Part shown: positions 54,768 through 64,000 of the stretch, in pieces | Layout of the letters: every line of letters begins with the position of its first letter | Position numbering within the stretch: position 1 is the first letter of the stretch | DNA from: Escherichia coli | GTDB lineage: Bacteria > Pseudomonadota > Gammaproteobacteria > Enterobacterales > Enterobacteriaceae | Assembly (NCBI RefSeq): GCF_009931435.1 | Contig: NZ_CP043414.1 | DNA: 64,000 bases | Strand: one strand, 5' to 3' | Notes under the pieces: model-generated | Told to the model about the DNA's origin: nothing | Seen by the model: only the letters and a program-made list of their open reading frames with translations | The model's database searches: none | Program-made: the position numbers and the translations under genes

Positions 54768-56621
54768 ATGAGACGATTTCTGACGACGCTGATGATACTC
54801 CTGGTCGTGCTGGTGGCCGGGTTATCTGCGTTAGTGTTGCTGGTGAATCCGAATGATTTCCGCGACTATATGGTCAAGCAAGTTGCTGCACGTAGCGGTT
54901 ATCAATTGCAGCTCGACGGGCCACTGCGTTGGCACGTCTGGCCGCAGCTTAGTATCCTCTCCGGGCGAATGTCTCTCACCGCCCAGGGCGCAAGCCAGCC
55001 ACTGGTTCGCGCCGACAACATGCGTCTGGACGTGGCGCTTTTACCACTACTGAGTCATCAACTGAGCGTTAAGCAGGTGATGCTAAAAGGGGCAGTGATC
55101 CAACTGACGCCGCAGACGGAAGCGGTGCGCAGTGAAGACGCTCCGGTTGCACCGCGCGACAATACCTTGCCGGATCTGTCAGACGATCGCGGATGGTCGT
55201 TTGATATATCCAGTCTTAAGGTGGCGGACAGCGTGCTGGTGTTCCAGCATGAAGATGACGAGCAGGTGACAATCCGCAATATTCGCCTGCAAATGGAACA
55301 AGATCCCCAACATCGTGGTTCATTTGAGTTCTCCGGGCGGGTTAATCGCGATCAGCGCGATCTCACGATATCCCTTAACGGTACGGTAGATGCTTCTGAT
55401 TATCCGCATGATTTAACGGCGGCTATTGAACAAATTAACTGGCAGTTGCAGGGTGCAGATTTACCAAAACAAGGTATTCAGGGGCAGGGGAGTTTCCAGG
55501 CCCAGTGGCAGGAGTCACATAAACGCCTTTCATTTAACCAAATCAGCTTGACCGCCAATGACAGCACGCTGAGCGGGCAAGCACAGGTCACGCTGACAGA
55601 GAAACCTGAATGGCAGCTGAGACTGCAATTCCCGCAACTGAATCTTGACAACCTCATCCCGCTTAATGAAACAGCGAATGGTGAAAACGGTGCCGCGCAG
55701 CAGGGGCAGAGCCAATCAACATTGCCGCGCCCGGTCATTTCTTCGCGTATTGATGAACCGGCATATCAGGGACTGCAAGGCTTTACGGCTGATATTTTGT
55801 TGCAGGCCAGTAACGTGCGCTGGCGCGGAATGAATTTTACAGATGTTGCCACGCAAATGACCAACAAGTCGGGTTTGCTGGAGATTATCCAGTTGCAGGG
55901 CAAACTTAACGGTGGACAGGTTTCACTGCCGGGCACGCTGGACGCGACATCAGTAAATCCGCGGATAAACTTCCAGCCACGGCTGGAAAACGTTGAGATT
56001 GGTACCATTCTGAAGGCGTTTAACTATCCGATTTCGTTGACCGGAAAAATGTCACTGGCTGGTGATTTCTCCGGTGCTGACATAGATGCCGACGCATTCC
56101 GCCACAACTGGCAAGGACAGGCACATGTCAAAATGACCGACACGCGCATGGAAGGGATGAACTTCCAGCAGATGATTCAGCAAGCGGTAGAGCGTAATGG
56201 CGGTGATGTGAAGGCCGCTGAAAACTTTGATAACGTGACGCGGCTTGACCGCTTTACCACCGATTTGACGTTGAAGGATGGCGTCGTGACGTTAAACGAC
56301 ATGCAAGGTCAATCGCCTGTGCTGGCGCTGACAGGGGAAGGCATGTTGAATCTGGCAGATCAAACCTGCGACACCCAGTTTGATATTCGGGTCGTGGGTG
56401 GCTGGAACGGGGAAAGCAAACTGATTGATTTCCTCAAAGAAACGCCAGTACCGCTGCGGGTTTATGGCAACTGGCAGCAACTCAATTACAGTCTGCAAGT
56501 GGATCAGTTACTGCGCAAACATCTACAGGACGAAGCGAAACGTCGCCTGAATGACTGGGCCGAGCGGAATAAAGATTCCCGCAATGGCAAAGATGTGAAG
56601 AAGTTGCTGGAGAAGATGTAG
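54768..56621 (+). CDS. asmA: Outer-membrane assembly protein AsmA
   Basis: 617-aa ORF with N-terminal membrane anchor (MRRFLTTLMILLVVLVAGLSALVLLV). Confidence 0.9.
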   Translation: MRRFLTTLMILLVVLVAGLSALVLLVNPNDFRDYMVKQVAARSGYQLQLDGPLRWHVWPQLSILSGRMSLTAQGASQPLVRADNMRLDVALLPLLSHQLSVKQVMLKGAVIQLTPQTEAVRSEDAPVAPRDNTLPDLSDDRGWSFDISSLKVADSVLVFQHEDDEQVTIRNIRLQMEQDPQHRGSFEFSGRVNRDQRDLTISLNGTVDASDYPHDLTAAIEQINWQLQGADLPKQGIQGQGSFQAQWQESHKRLSFNQISLTANDSTLSGQAQVTLTEKPEWQLRLQFPQLNLDNLIPLNETANGENGAAQQGQSQSTLPRPVISSRIDEPAYQGLQGFTADILLQASNVRWRGMNFTDVATQMTNKSGLLEIIQLQGKLNGGQVSLPGTLDATSVNPRINFQPRLENVEIGTILKAFNYPISLTGKMSLAGDFSGADIDADAFRHNWQGQAHVKMTDTRMEGMNFQQMIQQAVERNGGDVKAAENFDNVTRLDRFTTDLTLKDGVVTLNDMQGQSPVLALTGEGMLNLADQTCDTQFDIRVVGGWNGESKLIDFLKETPVPLRVYGNWQQLNYSLQVDQLLRKHLQDEAKRRLNDWAERNKDSRNGKDVKKLLEKM

Positions 56622-56641
56622 GTTACCAGGTGACCTGTCCT

Positions 56642-56679
56642 GTAGGCCTGATAAGACGCGTAAAGCGTCGCATCAGGCG
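56642..56679. repeat. REP element
   Basis: gtaggcctgataagacgcgtaaagcgtcgcatcaggcg after the asmA stop. Confidence 0.6.
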
Positions 56680-56894
56680 TTCGCGGCGGCACCATTATAT
56701 TCTGAATATGTAAGATCGAAGGCTGTTCCGTTCACTTGATGTTCCTCACTACTATGGAACGCTCAAGCCGGTGAACGTGCCAGGGTGGCTCAATCGCCAC
56801 CACCCTGGCAACCCGGGCTCCCGGCGGTAAATCGCCGCTGGCGCGGTTCCCTCATCTTATTCCTTTCGGCTATCGGGTAAAATGACCGATACCA

Positions 56895-58478
56895 TCACAC
56901 CTCGTACTCCAACTCGCCATCCTTATGCAGCGGAATAATCTGCACCTTCTGCACGCGATGGCTTTCCACCTGCAACGTTTTAAGCAAATAATCCCCCACC
57001 TGAACTTCTTCGCCAGGTTTTGGAATACGCTGTAAATATTCCATCAACAGCCCGGCAATGGTGTGATATTCACGTTTTTCATCCAGCGGCAGCGGCACAT
57101 ATTGCACCAGATCTTCCAGCGGCATATGACCATTCGCCGTCCAGGAACCGTCCGCATTCTTCTGAATATCATGGCGGGCGTCGATCTCTTCCACTTCGTT
57201 CGGTAAGTTACCGGCAATGGTTTCAGTGACGTCACTTAATGTCACAATCCCTTCCACCGAGCCAAACTCATCCACCACAAAAGCAAAGTGCGTGCGGGCA
57301 TTACGGAACTGCTCCAGGGCAGGTAACAACGGCAAGGTTTCCGGGAACACCAGCGGCTGGCGAATCAACACCCGCAGGTTGAGCGGTTCGCCACGCAGTG
57401 ACTGTTGTAGCAGGTCGATAACGTGAACAACACCGAGCAAATCTTCTGCGTCATCACCGTCGGTAACCACCAGCCGCGTATGCTGATTTCGCTCCAGCAA
57501 CTGGCGGATCTCGTCTTCCGGCGCGTTGAGATCGATATGCTCAATATCGTGGCGCGACGTCATAATGCTGCTGACAGTACGCTGGTTAAGATTAAGTACC
57601 CGCTCAATCATCCGCCGTTCCTGCGGATTAAAGATCTGCTGGTTACCATGATCCACCAGCATGGACGCGGTTTCGGCGTCCAGTTCCGCATCTTCTTTTT
57701 GCCCGCTAAGCAGGCGCATTACCGCTTCGGTAGTCCGCTGGCGTAGCGTCTGGTTAGCGGAAAGAAAACGTCGCCGGTTAAAGATAGCCAACTGATTGAG
57801 CGCCTCGATCATCACCGAGAAACCAATGGCAGCGTACAGGTAGCCTTTCGGAATGACGAAGCCGAAACCTTCTGCCACCAGGCTAAAGCCAATCATCAAC
57901 AGGAAGCTTAAGCAGAGAATAACGATGGTCGGGTGACTGTTAACAAATTGCGTTAACGGCTTGCTGGCCATCAACATCAGGCTGATAGCGATAACCACGG
58001 CGGCCATCATGACCAGTAAATGGTCGACCATCCCGACGGCGGTAATCACTGAGTCGAGTGAGAAGATGGCGTCCAGTACCACAATTTGTGTCACCACCCC
58101 CCAGAACTTCGCACCTTTGCGTTGTGTGGGATTATTGCTGTCTTTCCCTTCCAGCCGTTCGTTCAGCTCCATCGTGGCTTTGAACAACAGGAAGAAACCA
58201 CCAAACAGCATGATTAAGTCGCGGGCGCTAAAGGTAAACGAGCGGAAGCTGAACAGCGGTTGCGTCAGGGTGACCAGCCAGGAGATTGACGCCAGCAGTA
58301 ACAGGCGCATTAACATCGCCAGCAGCAGCCCGGTAACCCGTGCGCGGTCGCGCTGCTTCGGCGGTAGTTTTTCGGCGAGGATGGCAATAAAGACCAGGTT
58401 ATCAATGCCGAGGACCAGTTCGATCACAATCAGCGTGATTAACCCGGCCCAGATAGACGGATCGGCAATCCATTCCAT
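56895..58478 (-). CDS. yegH: TerC-family membrane protein with CBS and CorC/HlyC domains
   Basis: Internal ATG gives [34 protein letters not shown] (527 aa); track ORF has a 22-codon extension. Confidence 0.9.
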   Translation of the reverse strand: MEWIADPSIWAGLITLIVIELVLGIDNLVFIAILAEKLPPKQRDRARVTGLLLAMLMRLLLLASISWLVTLTQPLFSFRSFTFSARDLIMLFGGFFLLFKATMELNERLEGKDSNNPTQRKGAKFWGVVTQIVVLDAIFSLDSVITAVGMVDHLLVMMAAVVIAISLMLMASKPLTQFVNSHPTIVILCLSFLLMIGFSLVAEGFGFVIPKGYLYAAIGFSVMIEALNQLAIFNRRRFLSANQTLRQRTTEAVMRLLSGQKEDAELDAETASMLVDHGNQQIFNPQERRMIERVLNLNQRTVSSIMTSRHDIEHIDLNAPEDEIRQLLERNQHTRLVVTDGDDAEDLLGVVHVIDLLQQSLRGEPLNLRVLIRQPLVFPETLPLLPALEQFRNARTHFAFVVDEFGSVEGIVTLSDVTETIAGNLPNEVEEIDARHDIQKNADGSWTANGHMPLEDLVQYVPLPLDEKREYHTIAGLLMEYLQRIPKPGEEVQVGDYLLKTLQVESHRVQKVQIIPLHKDGELEYEV

Positions 58479-58946
58479 AGTAAGTACAAAACCTATTCGT
58501 TGTATGACAAATGTCACAATTCGATCATGGATAAATCGGGGCAAAAATGCAATGTTGCAGCACTATTTATCTCATATTATTTGAGGGTAATAACCTCACA
58601 TTATCCCTGAATTAAAAGTGGTAATAATAAAACATTATTTAAGAAATATCGCATGTGGAGGCGCAATATTAAATATTGTCAACCTAAAGAAACTCCTAAA
58701 AACCATATTGAATGACACTTAATATAATTCTTAAAAATAGCCAATTGCCGAATTGTTACCTTGCCTGCTATTCCGTTAGCTGTAACACTTCCTCCTGCAT
58801 TATTGGAGAGCCAATATTCAATTACCATAATGTCACCTTATATTCGGAAGTTAATTTCCGCAATAACCCTTTCTCATCAACGATTGTATGCAGAGAGGGT
58901 TTGAAAAATTAAGCTAAATCAGTGTATTGGTAGCTAAAAAGCCAGG

Positions 58947-58958
58947 GGCGGTAGCGTG
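58947..58958 (+). promoter_or_regulatory. ops (operon polarity suppressor) element in the wza 5' leader
   Basis: ggcggtagcgtg seen directly, about 180 nt upstream of the wza ATG; matches the RfaH-recruiting ops consensus GGCGGTAGnnTG. Confidence 0.7.
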
Positions 58959-59136
58959 TCTGGATGCCTGAAAGACCAGTCTGAATTATTCTGTCAATAG
59001 CCTGCGGATGAAATCAATTTTTTTAGGACTGATGCCAGTTAAATTTGTATTCAATTAACTGCAAGGTAAATGTGCATGGCGACATTGCTATTAATAGTGC
59101 ACAGGATAATTACTCTGCCAAAGTGATAAATAAACA

Positions 59137-60276
59137 ATGATGAAATCCAAAATGAAATTGATGCCATTATTGGTGTCAGTAACCTTGATAAGCGGTTGCA
59201 CAGTACTTCCGGGCAGCAATATGTCGACGATGGGCAAAGACGTCATCAAACAGCAGGACGCTGATTTCGATCTCGACAAAATGGTGAATGTTTATCCGTT
59301 GACCCCGCGCCTGATTGACCAATTACGTCCACGACCCAACGTAGCGCGCCCCAATATGACGCTGGAAAGCGAGATCGCGAATTACCAGTATCGCGTCGGG
59401 CCGGGGGACGTTCTTAATGTCACCGTCTGGGATCACCCGGAACTCACCACGCCAGCCGGTCAGTACCGCAGCTCCAGTGACACCGGCAACTGGGTACAGC
59501 CTGACGGCACCATGTTCTACCCGTATATCGGCAAGGTTCACGTAGTCGGGAAAACGCTCGCTGAAATCCGCAGTGATATTACCGGGCGCTTAGCGACGTA
59601 CATCGCTGACCCGCAGGTGGACGTTAATATCGCCGCCTTCCGCTCACAAAAGGCCTATATCTCAGGTCAGGTGAATAAATCCGGTCAACAGGCGATCACC
59701 AACGTACCACTGACTATTCTCGACGCCATCAACGCCGCAGGTGGCCTGACCGACACCGCTGACTGGCGCAACGTGGTGCTAACACACAATGGTCGTGAAG
59801 AACGCATTTCTTTGCAGGCGCTGATGCAAAACGGCGACCTCAATCAGAACCGACTGCTTTATCCCGGCGATATTCTCTACGTGCCGCGTAATGATGATCT
59901 GAAAGTATTTGTGATGGGTGAAGTGAAGAAACAGAGCACCCTGAAAATGGACTTTAGCGGCATGACCCTGACTGAAGCCCTGGGTAATGCTGAAGGCATC
60001 GACATGACCACCTCCAACGCCAGCGGCATCTTTGTCATTCGTCCGCTGAAAGGCGAGGGCGGGCGTAATGGCAAGATTGCCAATATCTACCAGCTGGATA
60101 TGTCCGATGCGACGTCGCTGGTGATGGCGACAGAATTCCGCCTGCAACCTTATGACGTGGTGTATGTCACCACCGCCCCGGTTTCCCGCTGGAACCGTCT
60201 GATCAATCAGTTGCTGCCAACTATTAGCGGTGTCCGTTACATGACGGATACAGCCAGCGACATTCATAACTGGTAA
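59137..60276 (+). CDS. wza: Outer-membrane polysaccharide export lipoprotein
   Basis: 379-aa [24 protein letters not shown] with lipobox; first gene of the colanic-acid cluster. Confidence 0.95.
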   Translation: MMKSKMKLMPLLVSVTLISGCTVLPGSNMSTMGKDVIKQQDADFDLDKMVNVYPLTPRLIDQLRPRPNVARPNMTLESEIANYQYRVGPGDVLNVTVWDHPELTTPAGQYRSSSDTGNWVQPDGTMFYPYIGKVHVVGKTLAEIRSDITGRLATYIADPQVDVNIAAFRSQKAYISGQVNKSGQQAITNVPLTILDAINAAGGLTDTADWRNVVLTHNGREERISLQALMQNGDLNQNRLLYPGDILYVPRNDDLKVFVMGEVKKQSTLKMDFSGMTLTEALGNAEGIDMTTSNASGIFVIRPLKGEGGRNGKIANIYQLDMSDATSLVMATEFRLQPYDVVYVTTAPVSRWNRLINQLLPTISGVRYMTDTASDIHNW

Positions 60277-60281
60277 TCGTC

Positions 60282-60725
60282 ATGTTTAACAACATCTTAG
60301 TTGTCTGTGTCGGCAATATTTGCCGTTCCCCGACGGCGGAACGCTTACTGCAACGTTATCACCCGGAGCTGAAAGTGGAGTCCGCTGGACTCGGCGCGCT
60401 GGTCGGTAAGGGCGCTGATCCTACCGCTATCAGCGTCGCCGCAGAACATCAACTGTCTCTGGAAGGTCACTGTGCCCGTCAAATCAGCCGCCGTCTGTGT
60501 CGCAACTACGACCTGATTTTGACCATGGAAAAGCGCCATATCGAACGCTTATGCGAGATGGCACCGGAGATGCGCGGCAAAGTGATGCTGTTTGGTCACT
60601 GGGATAACGAATGTGAAATCCCCGATCCGTATCGCAAAAGCCGGGAAACGTTTGCAGCGGTGTACACATTACTTGAACGGTCTGCCCGCCAGTGGGCGCA
60701 GGCATTGAACGCAGAGCAGGTATAA
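60282..60725 (+). CDS. wzb: Low-molecular-weight protein-tyrosine phosphatase
   Basis: 147-aa ORF with CX5R P-loop (VCVGNICRSP). Confidence 0.95.
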   Translation: MFNNILVVCVGNICRSPTAERLLQRYHPELKVESAGLGALVGKGADPTAISVAAEHQLSLEGHCARQISRRLCRNYDLILTMEKRHIERLCEMAPEMRGKVMLFGHWDNECEIPDPYRKSRETFAAVYTLLERSARQWAQALNAEQV

Positions 60726-60727
60726 GA

Positions 60728-62890
60728 ATGACAGAAAAAGTAAAACAACATGCCGCTCCGGTAACGGGCAGTGATGAAATCGATATTGGTCGCCTGGTCG
60801 GCACCGTCATTGAAGCGCGCTGGTGGGTGATTGGCATCACCACCGTATTTGCCCTCTGTGCCGTGGTTTACACCTTCTTCGCCACGCCGATTTATAGTGC
60901 CGACGCACTGGTACAAATCGAGCAAAACAGCGGCAATTCGTTAGTGCAGGACATTGGTTCGGCATTAGCCAACAAACCGCCTGCATCGGACGCCGAGATC
61001 CAGTTGATTCGTTCGCGTCTGGTGCTTGGTAAAACGGTGGACGATCTCGACCTCGATATTGCGGTGAGCAAAAACACGTTCCCGATTTTCGGTGCGGGCT
61101 GGGATCGTTTGATGGGACGTCAGAACGAGACGGTGAAAGTGACCACCTTTAACCGCCCGAAAGAGATGGCGGATCAGGTGTTTACGCTTAATGTGCTGGA
61201 CGATAAAAACTACACCCTGAGCAGTGATGGCGGCTTTAGCGCCCGTGGACAAGCGGGCCAGATGCTGAAAAAAGAAGGCGTCACGCTGATGGTTGAAGCC
61301 ATTCACGCCCGCCCGGGCAGTGAGTTTACCGTCACCAAATACTCCACGCTGGGGATGATCAATCAACTGCAAAACAGCCTGACGGTAACGGAGAACGGCA
61401 AAGACGCAGGCGTACTGAGCCTGACTTATACCGGTGAAGATCGCGAACAGATCCGCGACATTCTTAACAGCATCGCCCGTAACTATCAGGAACAAAATAT
61501 TGAGCGCAAATCGGCGGAAGCGTCGAAAAGCCTCGCTTTCCTCGCGCAACAGTTACCGGAAGTACGTAGCCGCCTTGATGTTGCCGAAAACAAACTGAAT
61601 GCCTTCCGTCAGGATAAAGATTCTGTTGATCTGCCGCTGGAAGCGAAAGCGGTGCTCGATTCGATGGTGAACATCGACGCCCAGTTGAACGAACTGACCT
61701 TTAAAGAGGCGGAAATCTCCAAGCTGTACACCAAAGTTCACCCGGCGTACCGCACGCTGCTGGAGAAACGTCAGGCGCTGGAAGACGAAAAAGCCAAACT
61801 TAACGGTCGCGTAACGGCGATGCCGAAAACCCAGCAGGAGATTGTCCGTCTGACCCGCGATGTCGAGTCTGGTCAGCAGGTCTATATGCAACTGCTGAAT
61901 AAAGAGCAGGAGCTGAAAATCACCGAAGCCAGCACCGTCGGCGATGTGCGCATTGTTGACCCGGCAATCACTCAGCCTGGTGTGCTAAAACCGAAGAAAG
62001 GGCTGATTATCCTTGGGGCGATTATTCTTGGCCTGATGCTCTCTATCGTGGGTGTGCTGCTGCGCTCGTTGTTTAATCGCGGCATCGAAAGCCCGCAGGT
62101 GCTGGAAGAACACGGTATCAGCGTCTATGCCAGCATCCCGTTGTCGGAATGGCAGAAAGCGCGCGATAGCGTCAAAACCATCAAAGGGATTAAACGCTAT
62201 AAACAGAGCCAGCTACTGGCGGTGGGGAATCCAACCGATCTGGCGATTGAAGCCATCCGCAGTCTGCGTACCAGTCTGCACTTCGCGATGATGCAGGCGC
62301 AGAACAATGTGTTGATGATGACCGGGGTTAGCCCGTCAATCGGTAAAACCTTTGTCTGCGCCAACCTGGCGGCGGTGATCAGCCAGACCAATAAACGCGT
62401 GTTGTTGATCGACTGCGATATGCGCAAAGGCTACACCCACGAGCTGTTGGGCACCAATAACGTCAATGGCCTGTCGGAAATTCTGATTGGTCAGGGCGAT
62501 ATTACTACCGCTGCTAAACCGACCTCTATTGCCAAATTTGACCTCATCCCGCGCGGTCAGGTGCCGCCAAATCCTTCTGAACTGTTGATGAGCGAACGCT
62601 TTGCCGAACTGGTGAACTGGGCGAGTAAAAACTATGACCTGGTGTTGATTGATACGCCGCCGATTCTGGCAGTGACCGATGCGGCAATTGTTGGTCGTCA
62701 TGTCGGAACCACGTTAATGGTGGCGCGTTATGCGGTCAACACCTTGAAAGAAGTGGAAACCAGTCTGAGCCGCTTTGAGCAAAACGGTATTCCGGTGAAA
62801 GGGGTGATTCTGAACTCCATCTTCCGCCGCGCCAGCGCGTATCAGGATTATGGCTATTACGAATACGAATATAAGTCGGATGCGAAATAA
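60728..62890 (+). CDS. wzc: Tyrosine autokinase / polysaccharide co-polymerase
   Basis: ATG giving MTEKVKQHAAPVTGSDEIDIG (720 aa); Walker A (GVSPSIGKT); C-terminal Tyr cluster (YQDYGYYEYEYKSDAK). Confidence 0.95.
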   Translation: MTEKVKQHAAPVTGSDEIDIGRLVGTVIEARWWVIGITTVFALCAVVYTFFATPIYSADALVQIEQNSGNSLVQDIGSALANKPPASDAEIQLIRSRLVLGKTVDDLDLDIAVSKNTFPIFGAGWDRLMGRQNETVKVTTFNRPKEMADQVFTLNVLDDKNYTLSSDGGFSARGQAGQMLKKEGVTLMVEAIHARPGSEFTVTKYSTLGMINQLQNSLTVTENGKDAGVLSLTYTGEDREQIRDILNSIARNYQEQNIERKSAEASKSLAFLAQQLPEVRSRLDVAENKLNAFRQDKDSVDLPLEAKAVLDSMVNIDAQLNELTFKEAEISKLYTKVHPAYRTLLEKRQALEDEKAKLNGRVTAMPKTQQEIVRLTRDVESGQQVYMQLLNKEQELKITEASTVGDVRIVDPAITQPGVLKPKKGLIILGAIILGLMLSIVGVLLRSLFNRGIESPQVLEEHGISVYASIPLSEWQKARDSVKTIKGIKRYKQSQLLAVGNPTDLAIEAIRSLRTSLHFAMMQAQNNVLMMTGVSPSIGKTFVCANLAAVISQTNKRVLLIDCDMRKGYTHELLGTNNVNGLSEILIGQGDITTAAKPTSIAKFDLIPRGQVPPNPSELLMSERFAELVNWASKNYDLVLIDTPPILAVTDAAIVGRHVGTTLMVARYAVNTLKEVETSLSRFEQNGIPVKGVILNSIFRRASAYQDYGYYEYEYKSDAK

Positions 62891-62892
62891 CG

Positions 62893-63010
62893 ACATCCGC
62901 TGTCGGATGCGATGCTGACGCATCTTATCCGACCTACCTTCACGCCGCATCCGGCAAGCAAACCAGCTCCGTAGGCCGGATAAGGCGCTCACGCCGCATC
63001 CGGCAACAGA
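62893..63010. repeat. REP/BIME cluster
   Basis: Several palindromic units (gacatccgctgtcggatgcg..., ccgcatccggcaa..., gtaggccggataaggcgc...) between wzc and wcaA. Confidence 0.7.
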
Positions 63011-63067
63011 ACCCGTAAACAAGCTTATAAACCGGCAGAACATCTCGACACTCCGGGAGAACAACCT

Positions 63068-63907
63068 ATGAAAGACAATCCGCTGATTTCAATCTATATG
63101 CCGACCTGGAACCGCCAACAACTGGCGATTCGGGCGATAAAATCGGTCCTGCGCCAGGACTACAGCAACTGGGAGATGATCATCGTGGATGATTGCTCCA
63201 CCTCCTGGGAACAACTGCAACAGTACGTCACTGCCCTCAACGATCCGCGTATTACCTACATTCACAACGACATTAACAGCGGGGCGTGCGCGGTACGTAA
63301 CCAGGCGATTATGCTGGCGCAAGGGGAATACATTACCGGGATCGATGACGATGATGAATGGACGCCCAACCGCCTGAGCGTCTTCCTCGCCCATAAACAG
63401 CAACTGGTCACTCACGCCTTTTTGTACGCTAACGACTACGTATGCCAGGGAGAAGTTTATTCCCAACCAGCAAGCTTACCACTGTATCCCAAATCGCCGT
63501 ACTCACGCCGCCTGTTCTATAAACGCAATATCATTGGCAATCAGGTTTTTACCTGGGCGTGGCGTTTCAAAGAGTGCTTGTTCGATACCGAACTGAAAGC
63601 AGCACAGGATTACGACATCTTCCTGCGGATGGTGGTGGAGTATGGCGAACCGTGGAAAGTGGAAGAGGCGACGCAGATCCTGCATATCAATCACGGTGAA
63701 ATGCAGATCACCTCGTCACCGAAAAAATTCTCCGGGTACTTCCACTTTTACCGCAAGCACAAAGACAAATTCGACCGTGCCAGTAAAAAATATCAGCTGT
63801 TTACCCTCTACCAGATCCGCAATAAACGTATGACCTGGCGCACCTTGTTGACGCTGCTGTCGGTGCGTAACGGCAAACGTCTGGCTGATGGTATTCGGGG
63901 GCGCTAA
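63068..63907 (+). CDS. wcaA: Colanic-acid glycosyltransferase (GT2 family)
   Basis: 279-aa ORF with GT2 signatures (ISIYMPTWNR; IIVDDCS; GIDDDDEW). Confidence 0.9.
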   Translation: MKDNPLISIYMPTWNRQQLAIRAIKSVLRQDYSNWEMIIVDDCSTSWEQLQQYVTALNDPRITYIHNDINSGACAVRNQAIMLAQGEYITGIDDDDEWTPNRLSVFLAHKQQLVTHAFLYANDYVCQGEVYSQPASLPLYPKSPYSRRLFYKRNIIGNQVFTWAWRFKECLFDTELKAAQDYDIFLRMVVEYGEPWKVEEATQILHINHGEMQITSSPKKFSGYFHFYRKHKDKFDRASKKYQLFTLYQIRNKRMTWRTLLTLLSVRNGKRLADGIRGR

Positions 63908-63909
63908 AG

Positions 63910-64000
63910 ATGCTGGAAGATCTGCGCGCCAACAGCTGGAGTTTACGCCCGTGCTGCATGGTACTTGCCTATCGTATTGCTCATTTTTGTTCGGTGTGGC
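63910..64000 (+). CDS. wcaB: Colanic-acid acetyltransferase, first ~30 codons only (runs off window end)
   Basis: ATG 3 nt after the wcaA stop; MLEDLRANSWSLRPCCMVLAYRIAHFCSVW. Confidence 0.7.
   Translation, partial: MLEDLRANSWSLRPCCMVLAYRIAHFCSVW

Noticed and set aside
60965-61891. 194-aa and 112-aa minus-strand ORFs antisense to wzc
   Set aside because: Nested within wzc on the opposite strand; no Shine-Dalgarno sequence or motif support.

Overview
This window reads as a contiguous stretch of Escherichia coli chromosome, in reverse orientation relative to the K-12 map, running from the molR/metG region through the yeh fimbrial operon, rcnRAB, thiMD, yegX-T, fbaB, the gat operon, yegS/R/Q/P, baeSR-mdtDCBA, the ibs/sib loci, yegLKI, yegD, alkA, dgcE, udk, dcd, asmA and yegH to the start of the colanic-acid cluster (wza-wzb-wzc-wcaA). 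All gene identifications rest on my reading of the translated ORFs and memory of the K-12 proteins; no database search was run. Coordinates taken from the ORF track are exact; coordinates I indexed by hand (small RNAs, operators, terminators, REPs, tiny ORFs) may be off by 1-2 nt. The most interesting candidate system is the translationally coupled yegL-yegK-yegI triad (vWA protein, PP2C-like phosphatase, Ser/Thr-kinase-like protein) with a divergent Hsp70-like ATPase, yegD; this matches the architecture I recall as the TerY-P triad, and its function here is not established. The locus is conserved in K-12, so it is not accessory DNA. The clearest strain-specific content is a ParD/ParE-like toxin-antitoxin pair sitting between yegQ and yegP, which I do not recall at this position in K-12. 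Other differences from K-12 as I remember it: gatR is intact, the ogrK/yegZ P2 remnant next to cyaR is absent, and the molR-like gene appears to be an open frame. Non-coding elements read directly from the sequence include the thiM TPP riboswitch, two tandem RcnR operator-like sites, CyaR, two Ibs/Sib type I toxin-antitoxin copies with their antisense promoters, an ops element upstream of wza, and several REP clusters. No CRISPR array, rRNA, tRNA or insertion sequence was seen.
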